From the NCBI GenBank assembly GCA_950097015.1, contig CATNEN010000039.1, positions 11,718,001 through 11,782,000 on the forward strand: DNA of 64,000 bases. Reading direction: 5' to 3'. The position numbers and the translations under genes are program-made. The notes beneath the pieces were generated by a model. That model saw only the letters and a program-made list of their open reading frames with translations. It searched no databases and was not told the origin of the DNA. Of the stretch, positions 38,501 to 49,607 are shown in pieces (positions within the stretch are counted from its first letter, which is position 1; every line of letters begins with the position of its first letter). The stretch comes from Macrostomum hystrix. Its lineage: Eukaryota; Animalia; Platyhelminthes.

Positions 38501-41500
38501 TCCGATCCCATCCTATCCCATCCCATCCCATCCAATCCCATCCCATCTCATCCAATCCCATCCCATCCCATACTAACCCATCCTATCCCATGCTATCCCA
38601 TCCTATCCCATATCATCCCATCCCATCCAATCCCATCCCATCCCATCCAATCCCACCCCATCTCATCCAATCCCATCCCATCCCATACTATCCCATCCAA
38701 TCCTATCCCATACCATCCCATCCCATCCCATTCTATCCAATCCCATCCCATCCCATCCCATCCGATCCATCCCATCCCATCCGATCCCATCCCATCCAAT
38801 CCCATCCCATCACATCATTTCAATATCTATCCCATATCAGTCCACCTCGAAAAAACTCACAAAACTTTGATCGCCCAGTCTCACCTTGTCGATCTTGGCC
38901 TGGCGGTACTTTTTCCGCTTGCGCATAATGTTGAGCACGATGATGTCGCAGAGCACGGTGGCCAGTGTGAGCAGTGCCAGGCCGGAGCCCAGGTTCATTG
39001 TGAAGTTCAATATATCGAATTTTCCGCCGCGTCCAGTAACGCTGATGAAAAACTGGATGCCGAAGGCTTTCACCAAGGTGCGCCGATGGATGCCGTTTTC
39101 CTCGTAGTGATAGGCGTGACTGGGCGGAAGTGAAAAATTTAGCACTATTGTTTTGAAGCCTTCTGTCAATACTATCTCATCCTATTTGATCCCATCTCAT
39201 CCTATTTGATCCCATCTCATCCTATTTGATCCCATCTCATCCTATTCGATCCCATCTCATCCCAACTCAATCCCATCTCATCCTATTCGATCCCATCTCA
39301 TCCTATTCGATCCCATCTCATCCTATTCGATCCCATCTCATCCTATTCGATCCTATCGCATCCTATTCGATCCCATCTCATCCTATTCGATCCCATCTCA
39401 TCCTATTCGATCCTATCGCATTCTATTCGATCCCATCTCATCCTATTCGATCCCATCTCATCCTATTCGATCCCATCTCATCCTATTCGATCTTTTATTC
39501 AATCTCAATCGGTCCCATTCTATATTTTTTCCCAAAACTTTTTAGATAGCCTACTTGTAAGTAGCACTGAAGGGTTTTACAATAAAGCTCACCGAAAATT
39601 CCAGCCCTGTCCAACTTTGCCATCTTCAAGGCTGCGGAATTTGTACTCAGGCTTGCAGTAGTCTTCGTCGTAGTCGAAGTTGCACTCCCAGTGGATGTCA
39701 ATGGCCACCATGCCTGAAGTGCGATTCGAACATTGAGATTAGACCAGTGAGATTAGACCAGTGAGATTAGACCAGTGAGATTAGACCAATGAGATTAGAC
39801 CATTGAGATTAGACCAGTGAGATTAGACCAATGAGATTAGACCATTGAGATTAGACCAATGAGATTAGACCAGTGAGATTAGACCGTTGAGATTAGACCA
39901 GTGAGATTAGACCAGTGAGATTAGACCAGTGAGATTAGACCAATGAGATTAGACCATTGAGATTCGACCATTGAGATTAAACCATTGAGATTAGATCGGT
40001 GAGATTAGACCATTGAGATTATACCTTTGAGATTATACAATTGAGATTAGACCAGTAAGATTAGACCCATGAGATTAGACCATTGAGATTAGACCAATGA
40101 GATTAGACCATTGAGATTAGACCAGTGAGATGAGACCAGTGAGATTAGACCAATGAGATTAGACCTTGAGATTAGACTAATGAGATTAGACCATTGAGAT
40201 TAGACCAGTGAGATTAGACCAATGAGATTAGACCAATGAGATTCGACCAGTGAGATTAGACCAGTGAGATTAGACTAATGAGATTAGACCATTGAGATTA
40301 GACCAGTGAGATTAGACCAATGAGATTAGACCAATGAGATTCGACCATTGAGATTAGACCAATGAGATTAGACCATTGAGATTAGACCGTTGAGATTAGA
40401 CCAGTGAGATTAGACCGTTGAGATTCGACCATTGAGATTCGACCATTGAGATTAAACCATTGAGACTAAACCATTGAGATTAGACCAGTGAGATTAGACC
40501 AATGAGATTAGACCAGTGAGATTAGACCGTTAAGATTAGACCTTTGAGATTCGACTATTGAGATTCGACCATTGAGATTCAACCATTGAGATTAGACCAG
40601 TGAGATTAGATCGGTGAGATTATACCTTTGAGATTCGACCTTTGAGATTTGACCAGTGAGATTAGACCAACGAAATTGTACAGTGTGAGACAGGTTAAGA
40701 CTTTTTCCGGAATATCAAGGTCTGGAAGAATCTAGTCTTAACTATAGGCTCTGGAAATGAAAATGCTTTTGATTTCAATATTAAAAAGACTTGCTGATTT
40801 GAAAAGTCCAAATCCAAGGTTTATGGAGTCATTCCCGGGTGAAAAGTTACAAATCTAATCAGAATTTTTATCTAATTGGTGGAAATAATTTTATGAGGCG
40901 ACGTAGCTAGAAACAAGATTGTAAATTTTCGACGACTTAATTTGCTGCGCAATCCATAACTTACTGCAACTTACTGCAATCCATAACTTACTGCAACTTA
41001 CTGCAATCCATCACTTCACAAAAGCTACCGCAAAAAGTCTGCTTGCCTTTGACCTCATTTTGTTACCAAAATCCGTGATTGCATCTTAATTAGTAGCTTC
41101 CTCCGGTGTGGCCTAAATAGTACAGGGATACATTTAAAATGTGTGCTGTGCTGGTCACAGTTGAATCTGTTTCTGCACCTGACGCCCTGAACCTACTCTT
41201 CATTCTGAGTTTAGAAAATCAGTTTGATTGATTTGGTTCAGGAACTAGCTCTCAGTTTGATTGATTTGGTTCAGGAACTAGCTCTCAGTTTGATTGATTT
41301 GGTTCAGGAACCAGCTCTCAGTTTGATTGATTTGGTTCAGGAACTAGCTCTCAGTTTGATTGATTTGGTTCAGGAACTAACTCTCAGTTTGATTGATTTG
41401 GTTCAGGAACCAGCTCTCAGTTTGATTGATTTGGTTCAGGAACTAGCTCTCAGTTTGATTGATTTGGTTCAGGAACTAGCTCTCAGTTTGATTGATTTGG

Positions 41501-44500
41501 TTCAGGAACTAGCTCTCAGTTTGATTGATTTGGTTCAGGAACTAGCTCTCAGTTTAATTGATTTGGTTCAGGAACTAACTCTCAGTTTGATTGATTTGGT
41601 TCAGGAACTAGCTCTCAGTTTGATTGATTTGGTTCAGGAACTAGCTCTCAGTTTGATTGATTTGGTTTAGGAACCAGCTCTCAGTTTGATTGATTTGGTT
41701 TAGGAACTAGCTCTCAGTTTGATTGATTTGGTTCAGGAACTAGCTCTCAGTTTGATTGATTTGGTTCAGGAACCAGCTCTCAGTTTGATTGATTTGGTTC
41801 AGGAACCAGCTCTCAGTTTGATTGATTTGGTTCAGGAACCAGCTCTCAGTTTGATTGATTTGGTTCAGGAACCAGCTCTCAGTTTGATTGATTTGGTTCA
41901 GGAACCAGCTCTCAGTTTGATTGACTTGGTTCAGGAACTAACTCTCAGTTTGATTGATTTGGTTCAGGAACTAGCTCTCAGTTTGATTGATTTGGTTCAG
42001 GAACCAGCTCTCAGTTTGATTGATTTGGTTCAGGAACCAGCTCTCAGTTTGATTGATTTGGTTCAGGAACCAGCTCTCAGTTTGATTGACTTGGTTCAGG
42101 AACTAACTCTCAGTTTGATTGATTTGGTTCAGGAACTAGCTCTCAGTTTTATTGATTTGGTTCAGGAACCAGCTCTCAGTTTGATTGATTTGGTTCAGGA
42201 ACTAGCTCTCAGTTTGATTGATTTGGTTCAGGAACCAGCTCTCAGTTTGATTGATTTGGTTCAGGAACCAGCTCTCAGTTTGATTGATTTGGTTCAGGAA
42301 CCAGCTCTCAGTTTGATTGATTTGGTTCAGGAACCAGCTCTCAGTTTGATTGATTTGGTTCAGGAACTAGCTCTCAGTTTGATTGATTTGGTTCAGGAAC
42401 TAGCTCTCAGTTTGATTGATTTGGTTCAGGAACCAGCTCTCAGTTTGATTGATTTGGTTCAGGAACCAGCTCTCAGTTTGATTGATTTGGTTCAGGAACT
42501 AGCTCTCAGTTTGATTGATTTGGTTCAGGAACCAGCTCTCAGTTTGATTGATTTGGTTCAGGAACTAGCTCTCAGTTTTACTGCAACCATAACTTACTGC
42601 AACTTACTGCAATCCATCACTTCACAAAAGCTACCGCAAAAAGTCTGCTTGCCTTTGACCTCATTTTGTTACCAAAATCCGTGATTGCATCTTAATTAGT
42701 AGCTTCCTCCGGTGTGGCCTAAATAGTACAGGGATACATTTAAAATGTGTGCTGTGCTGGTCACAGTTGAATCTGTTTCTGCACCTGACTCCCTGAACCT
42801 ACTCTTCATTCTGAGTTTAGAAAATCAGTTTGATTGATTTGGTTCAGGAACTAGCTCTCAGTTTGATTGATTTGGTTCAGGAACTAGCTCTCAGTTTGAT
42901 TGATTTGGTTCAGGAACCAGCTCTCAGTTTGATTGATTTGGTTCAGGAACTAGCTCTCAGTTTGATTGATTTGGTTCAGGAACTAGCTCTCAGTTTGATT
43001 GATTTGGTTCAGGAACCAGCTCTCAGTTTGATTGATTTGGTTCAGGAACCAGCTCTCAGTTTGATTGATTTGGTTCAGGAACTAGCTCTCAGTTTGATTG
43101 ATTTGATTCAGGAACTAGCTCTCAGTTTGATTGATTTGGTTCAGGAACCAGCTCTCAGTTTGATTGATTTGGTTCAGGAACCAGCTCTCAGTTTGATTGA
43201 TTTGGTTCAGGAACTAGCTCTCAGTTTGATTGATTTGGTTCAGGAACCAGCTCTCAGTTTGATTGATTTGGTTCAGGAACTAGCTCTCAGTTTGATTGAT
43301 TTGGTTCAGGAACCAGCTCTCAGTTTGATTGATTTAATTCAGGAACTAGCTCTCAGTTTGATTGATTTGGTTCAGGAACTAGCTCTTAGTTTGATTGATT
43401 TGGTTCAGGAACTAGCTCTCAGATTGATTGATTTGGTTCAGGAACCAGCTCTCAGTTTGATTGATTTGGTTCAGGAACTAGCTCTTAGTTTGATTGATTT
43501 GGTTCAGGAACCAGCTCTCAGTTTGATTGATTTGGTTCAGGAACTAGCTCTCAGATTGATTGATTTGGTTCAGGAACCAGCTCTCAGTTTGATTGATTTG
43601 GTTCAGGAACTAGCTCTCAGTTTGATTGATTTGATTCAGGAACCAGCTCTCAGTTTTATTCGTGTTGCTCAGGAACTAACTATTTTTATTCTACTTGTTC
43701 AGCGGTCGACCTGGTTTAGGAACGTGAGCTCAGTTCTCAACTCATATGTGGATTAAATTTTTTATAAAACGTTTGAAGCGTAAGAACCCACGATGCCCGT
43801 GAGGTCACGAACCTCCAGTAATCCAGATCTGCTTGGCTGCGCCCGGACTAATCGACTGGCCGTATTTGATGATGTCACCGAGACGAAAGATCGGGCAGTA
43901 TCGGTCGTCGGGATCGTCCGGGTCGTAGTTGCATCGCTTCAGATATTTATCCGTCATTGTGGAGAGAATATTTCGTCTTTTCACTTTGAATTTCGGAAAT
44001 TCAACGCTGTTTTTAATTAGGACTGTGAAGTTTTTCACTCGGGTCATCAGCACCTGGAGTTGGTACAGTTTTAGCAATGATTTAATGTTCCGGATTATTT
44101 TGAGATTTTGTTGAATAAATCACACTCTAAAGTTACGATACAATCTCGAATTACATTAAAACATGAAAATTGTTCAGTTTTTTAGAGTCTGCCCGTATTT
44201 TTCGTATTGTAAAAAGTGTACATTAAAGTGCCTTACATTAATAAGCTGGCACTTTGCCCAATTATGAAGGACTTAAAAATCAACAGCTAATTTTCATATC
44301 GTCTCACAGTTGCATCAGTTTCTGCACCTGACTCCCTGGACCTACTCTTTATTCTGTGTTTAGAAAAACACACGATAGTCAGCAGCAGCTGGATGATACT
44401 CGTGATAAGAGAGAGAGCTCAAACACTGTTTCCTAGTCAAGCATTATTTTAGGCCCTTAAAAATAGCAGACCTCCAATGCACTGCTCTCAAACACTTACT

Positions 44501-47500
44501 CAGGGGAGATCCTCAGGGGTCAGAGCGCCCTGGTGCTCATAATTGCCCTCAGCTGCAGCTGCACTCCAAATTCGTCCCTCAGTCAAAACCTCACTCAAAA
44601 CTGGGAGCTCAAACGGCCTCGCTATCCTTGCACATATGTTCTGATGGATAGCTAGTCATGCTTGTCCAATGGCTGACTCAGCATCCGGATCGGTTCCCCA
44701 ACCACTAACCTTATCGTTGCCGAGCGGCAGTTTGTCCTGCTCTGTCGGGCACCAGCCGTAAATCTCACACACGGTCAGTTTAGCCTCCCGAGTGCTGTTG
44801 ACGCAGCGGCCAGTCCGGACACCCCAGCCAAGCAGGTGGACGTGACCTTTCTCGCAGTCGGCGTCAGTTTTGCAGCTGAAAAAAAAATTAGGGAAATATC
44901 GTACAATGCAAAATAATTAGCCTCTACAACTCACCCGCAACCAACTCAAACGGCACTGACCTCACTCCACAGCTGCGCCACTCCACAGCCACCCCACTCC
45001 GCAGCCACCTCACTCCCCAGCCACCCCACTCCGCAGCCACCTCACTCCGCAGCCACCCCACTCCGCAGTCACATCACTCCGCAGCCACTCCACTCCGCAG
45101 CCACATCACTCCGCAACCACCCCACTCCGCAGCCACATCACTCCGCAGCCACCCCACTCCACAGCCACCTCACTCCGCAGCCAGCCCACTCCACAGCCGC
45201 GCCACTCCGCAGTCAGCCGACTCCGCAGCCACCTCACAAACTCACAAACTCTGCCCATCAGATTCCAAGACACTTCTGGCACGATCAGCTCACCTAGCAT
45301 GCCACTTATTATCCTTGTCCTCCTCGCAGGTTGTTTGCGTCTGGTTCTTAGTAATGACCACATTAGTTGTGACAAAGAACGCGCTGTTCATCTGTGGCGG
45401 GATGGCCCAGTCGGCCACGTCCCAGATACGGTCGCCAACGGATGGAATGTCAGTGTAGTTTGTATACTCAAGGCCTGAAAGGAATTAAAGAAATAAATGA
45501 ACAGCAGGATTGAGCAAAACTAACGTGCTATCTTTCCATTTCACATCTCTCCCTAACTTATGTCCCATATATTAATATATTTCCCCTGTATCTATTTAAC
45601 TTTCCCCTGTATCTATCCCCCCTATACCAATATTTCTCCTGTATCTATCTTCCGTGTATCAACCTCACCCTATATCAATCTCTCCCTTTAACCCCTAAAT
45701 CAATCCCTTCCATGCATCAATCTCTCCCGTGTATCAATCTCTCCCCTATATCAGTCCCTTCCGTGTATCAATCTCTCCCCTATATCAGTCCCTTCCGTGT
45801 ATCAATCTCTCCCCAATATCAGTCCCTTCCGTGTATCAATCTCTCCCCAATATCAGTCCCTTCCGTGTATCAATCTCTCCCCTATATCAATCCCTTCCGT
45901 GTATCAATCTCTCCCCTATATCAATCCCTTCCGTGTATCAATCTCTCCCCGATATCGATCCCTTCCGTGCATCAATCTCTCCCGTGTATCAGTCTCTCCC
46001 GTGTATAAATTTCTTTCGCGTATCAATCACTCCCCTATATCAATCCCTTCCGTGCATCAATCTCTCCCGTGTATCAATCTCTCCCGTGTATCAATCTCTT
46101 TCGCGTATCAATCACTCCCCTATAACAGTCCCTTTCGTGCATCAATCTCTCTCTATATCAATCCTTCCGTGCATCAATCACTCCCCTGTATCAATCCCTT
46201 CCGTGCATCAATCTCTCCCCTGCATCAATCCCTTCCGTGCATCAATCTCTCTCTATATCAATCTCTCCCTATATCAATCTGGCCGCACATCAAGATCTCC
46301 CATCTCCGCTCCGATAGGAATCCCTGCCATCGAGTGTCAGTTTGTAAATCTGTCCATCTGTTTCATTTGTCCCTCTGTCCGACAACGCCAGCAATGGTGG
46401 TAATAAATATTAGTCCGTGCAAAAGTCATCCATCAGTTGTGCGAAGTCAAATATTTGCAGACGATGGCTGCGGGTTGGATGCAAACCTGACATTTTTTTA
46501 AACTAATTTGCTAAATGAGGCATCGCTAGCAGTGCCCACACCGATCATTGCCATCTGTAGCAGCTAAATAATTAGGCGTACAACTAAAGCATGCATAAAA
46601 ATCTGTTTTCAATTTATTAGGCCATTAGCAATGGCGATGTGCCAATTGCAGATGAAATAAAACTACTCAGAGATGCATTGGATCCTACAATTTATGCTTC
46701 TCAAATATTGACCCAGCAACCAAGTCCTCGTTTCGATGTTTAACCAGAAAAATACAGATGAAGAAACCAAGGCGATAAGCCAGCTGATTGTGCTTTGCGG
46801 GGCTAAACGTGAGGCAGTTTCTCGATAGGAGTTTTTAGTAGGCCATGGAAATATAACATTGAATTCGCTGTAACACCAAATCGTTGAAGATTGAGTTGAT
46901 AAACTCGGTCATGATTTTGGAATGAAAATCCGCATATTTTTCAGCCTGGATTCACCCTGATTCAATGGAAACAATTTTACTGTAAATCATAATGACAGCC
47001 GTGCTTTTTTTGGGATATTTATCCTAACTGGCAGGGAAAACAGTTGCGAAAATTGCTGCATTTTAGACTGCTGAACTTGTGAATCAATGCAGCAGCATTC
47101 CTCACATATTTGCTTCAATATACACCCTCTGACCTCTTCCGTCTATTCTCAGTTCCCTTAGTCAAATACCCCCTATCTCCACCGACTAGCCTTCTACACA
47201 CCTAACTCTCCCCCACCATCAACCGCTGTCCTCAATCTATCAACCACTGTCCACTATCTATTAACCACTGTCCACTATCTATCAACCGCTGTCCTCTATT
47301 CATCAACCACTGTCCTCTATCTATCAACCACTGTCCACTATCTATCAACCACTGTCCACTATCTATCAACCGCTGTCCTCTATCTATCAACCACTGTCCT
47401 CTATCTATCAACCACTGTCCACTATCTATCAACCAATCTACCCTCTCTATCAACCACTGTCCTCTATCTATTAACCACTGTTCACTATATATCGACCACT

Positions 47501-49449
47501 GTCTGTCCTCTATCGATCAACAGATCTACTATCTCTTTAAACCACTATTCCTTCTCTATCTAGCTCGTATATCCCCCACACTCTCAGCTCCTCCTCTAGT
47601 CCCAGCTTTTCTTTTCACTCTATTCTCACTTCGTGTTTAAGTATGGCCCCAATGCATCACACTCAAGCTATTACCCTCTTGACTTATCCAGCCTCACAAA
47701 CTCCGTTTTCATCCAAATACTTCTATCATTCTGTCAGTTATCTGCCAAATTGATAATGCATAGTTACAAAAAAATTGTCTGTCGCTTCATATAATTAATT
47801 CTTCATCGTCCAAATTGTACCTATAAAAATTTCTTTCCCATTTAGCCTTCATTAGAAGCGGTTCCCGCTATCACACAAAACTCATGCGGAGTGCCAGTCA
47901 GTTTGTTGCCAGGCAGATAAAAAATAGCTAGCTGCAGGGAATGGATTATCTACTCTGGCCACTAAGGTAGACCAGGTAGGCACAGTTTATTTATCGTGTC
48001 CCATTGATAATTAAGCAATTTGGCAGTTAGCCTGGTGTGGGAATCGATGAAAAATTATGACTTTATCGTACGGACAAATCTGCTGGCAAGTACTGACTCT
48101 CGGGACCATGGAGTGAAATTTTCATTACTTTATCTTTGATTTAATTATCAACTCCGGATTTTACTGACGCTGTAGTTCTCATTTTCACTTCCCTAACAGC
48201 GTTTCCTAATTCTCATTGTCTATATTGGAGTGGAATCAAATTAAACAGTTAGCGAATTTTTACCACATTTCCGCCTTCTCTCAACGTTGTTATATTACTA
48301 CTTGCCTTTCACAAATTTTCATTCGTTTAATATTTCTCATTTCCTTCTTTAAGAACTCCTTTCACTACCCACGATAGATGAACCGCACAATCTCCCTTTA
48401 TTTGTGTCACCATCTCTAACTCCCTCCCTCCCTCTCTCCCTCCCTCTCTCCCTCTCTCCCTCTCTCCCTCTCTCCCTCTCTCCCTCTCTCCCTCTCTCCC
48501 TCTCTCCCTCTCTCCCTCTCTCCATCTCTCCCTCTCTCCCTCTCTCCCTCTCTCCCTCTCTCACTCTCTCTCCCTCTCTCACTCTCTCACTCTCTCACTC
48601 TATCCCCCTCTCTCCCTCTCTCCCTCTCTCTCTCACTCTCACTCTCACTCACTCTCGCCTATAGCCTAATGGCTAGAGCGCTAGGCTAGACTCTACTGAT
48701 GAGCTCCAATAAGAGCGAAACGCGTCTGGAGTTGCATTGGTTCGAATCCTGATTTCAATTTTTTCGATACATATCGGAATCGATTCCAACATTAGATTTT
48801 TGAAATTCAATGGGCAGTGTCCTCTCTCCTCTCTCCCGCTCTCTTTCTCCCTCTCTCCCTCTCTCTCAGGCCAGCACCGGCGTCTCGTACGACCGAGTCA
48901 GTGCCACGGAGTTGAGTGAGTATGGATTGAGTTGCGGGGCGCTGCCGAATCTATTACGATATGTTGAGATTGAAAGCTGGATTTGAACAAGCGCCTATAG
49001 CCTAATGGCTAGAGCACTAGGCTAGACTCTACTGATGAGCTCCAATAAGAGCGAAACGCGTGTGGAGTTGCCTTGGTTCGAATCCTGATTTCAATTTTTT
49101 CGATACATATCGGAATCGATTGCAACATTAGATTTTTGAAATTCAATGGGCAGTGTCCACTCTCTTCTCTCCCGCTCTCCCTCTCTCACTGTTTCCATGT
49201 TTCCCAATGTCCATTTTTCATCTCGATGCAAGCCGTCTCACCTTTCAGCTTTGTGGTTACGCCGCTGACAACACTGTCGAAGCTCTGGTAGCCTTTCTCA
49301 CGCAGCATGACCCAGCCAACCACGTAGGCCACAATCAGCAGCTGGATGCTGCGATAGATTAGACCGATCTTGTAGGAGGATATTGCGATCACCTTTTGTG
49401 TTTCATATTCGAAAAATGTTGCTACAACGAATTTTTTTACTGAGGCCAT
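35595..49449 (-). CDS. P2X purinoceptor (ATP-gated cation channel), 559 aa, 8 exons
   Basis: Exons 49449-49242, 45474-45294, 44875-44710, 44053-43813, 39713-39593, 39119-38885, 36573-36258, 35806-35595 (1680 nt, phases consistent). Motifs: FEYETQK, TTKLKG, IWDVAD, CEIYGWCP, NFTVLIKNSV, CPIFRLGDI, GWNFR, RTLVKAFGI, TM2 GSGLALLTLATVLCD, YRQAK; 10 ectodomain Cys. Confidence 0.95.
35905..36205 (+). mobile_element. SINE family A, diverged copy in P2X last intron
   Basis: GCGGTTAACGCGTTT...CTCGCACCATGGTCCCT...GGGGCGCAGCAGCGGAG.GAAGGCTTGGGG...CCAAGGCACAGTGA. Confidence 0.75.
38110..38812. repeat. (ATCCC)n degenerate pentamer satellite, P2X intron 6
   Basis: Visible. Confidence 0.95.
39172..39492. 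repeat. 20-bp minisatellite (ATCCCATCTCATCCTATTCG)n, P2X intron 5
   Basis: Visible. Confidence 0.95.
39731..40670. repeat. 14-bp minisatellite (GAGATTAGACCA[G/A/T]T)n, P2X intron 4
   Basis: Starts about 17 bp from the exon 5 acceptor. Confidence 0.95.
41219..43656. repeat. 33-bp minisatellite (TTGATTGATTTGGTTCAGGAAC[T/C]AGCTCTCAGT)n in two blocks (41219-42578, 42825-43656)
   Basis: The blocks are separated by a ~250-bp copy of the left flank (40971-41223 matches 42578-42829). Confidence 0.96.
44960..45236. repeat. 16-bp minisatellite (CACTCCGCAGCCACCT)n, P2X intron 2
   Basis: Visible; related to 34003-34412. Confidence 0.9.
45580..46280. repeat. Compound minisatellite built on TATCAATCTCTCCC / TATCAATCCCTTCCGTG units, P2X intron 1
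   Basis: Visible. Confidence 0.9.
47216..47520. repeat. 21-bp minisatellite (CTATCTATCAACCACTGTCC[A/T])n
   Basis: Visible. Confidence 0.9.
48415..48655. repeat. CT microsatellite (CTCTCTCC)n
   Basis: Visible; abuts the hammerhead element. Confidence 0.9.
48689..48733 (+). ncRNA. Minimal type I hammerhead ribozyme, copy 1 (cleavage predicted after C48726)
   Basis: Stem I ACUCUA/UGGAGU, core CUGAUGA, stem II GCUC-CAAUAA-GAGC, GAAA, palindromic stem III ACGCGU, GUC triplet. Confidence 0.9.
49025..49069 (+). ncRNA. Minimal type I hammerhead ribozyme, copy 2 (GUG at the cleavage triplet, likely inactive site)
   Basis: Identical to copy 1 except C>G at 49062. Confidence 0.8.
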
Positions 49450-49485
49450 GATCTTTGATCTTTTATCGGCTCCTCTTGATGCCTG

Positions 49486-49520
<35 letters not shown>

Positions 49521-49607
49521 ATGCTGCTGCTGCTGATGCTGCTGCTGATGCTGCTGCTGCTGATGCTGCTGCTGCTTCTGTTGCTGCTGCTGCTTGTGCT
49601 GCTGCTG
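49486..49607. repeat. (CTG/CAG)n trinucleotide tract in the presumed P2X 5' leader
   Basis: About 40 imperfect units ending about 37 nt before the P2X ATG. Confidence 0.9.

Larger units (their letters stand above)
48656..49187 (+). mobile_element. Tandem 336-bp tRNA-like/hammerhead retroelement (retrozyme- or Sm-alpha-like), about 1.6 copies
   Basis: Direct repeat 48656 vs 48992 (period 336). Each copy has A box TAGCCTAATGG, a hammerhead core and B box GGTTCGAATCC. Confidence 0.8.

Noticed and set aside
6911-43656. Tandem arrays as CRISPR arrays
   Set aside because: Head-to-tail units without unique spacers, no cas genes, eukaryotic intron context.
41224-43756. Long repetitive ORFs (SLIDLVQELAL)n and similar ORFs at 2088-2665, 7979-10312, 23363, 31153, 38072-39549, 45712-46501, 50531-51028
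   Set aside because: Translation artefacts of stop-free minisatellites, mostly inside introns or antisense to real genes.
48656-48760. Functional tRNA gene; likewise the SINE heads at 22640-22700 and 25490-25550
   Set aside because: No 3' acceptor-stem strand; the cloverleaf is incomplete and embedded in repeats.
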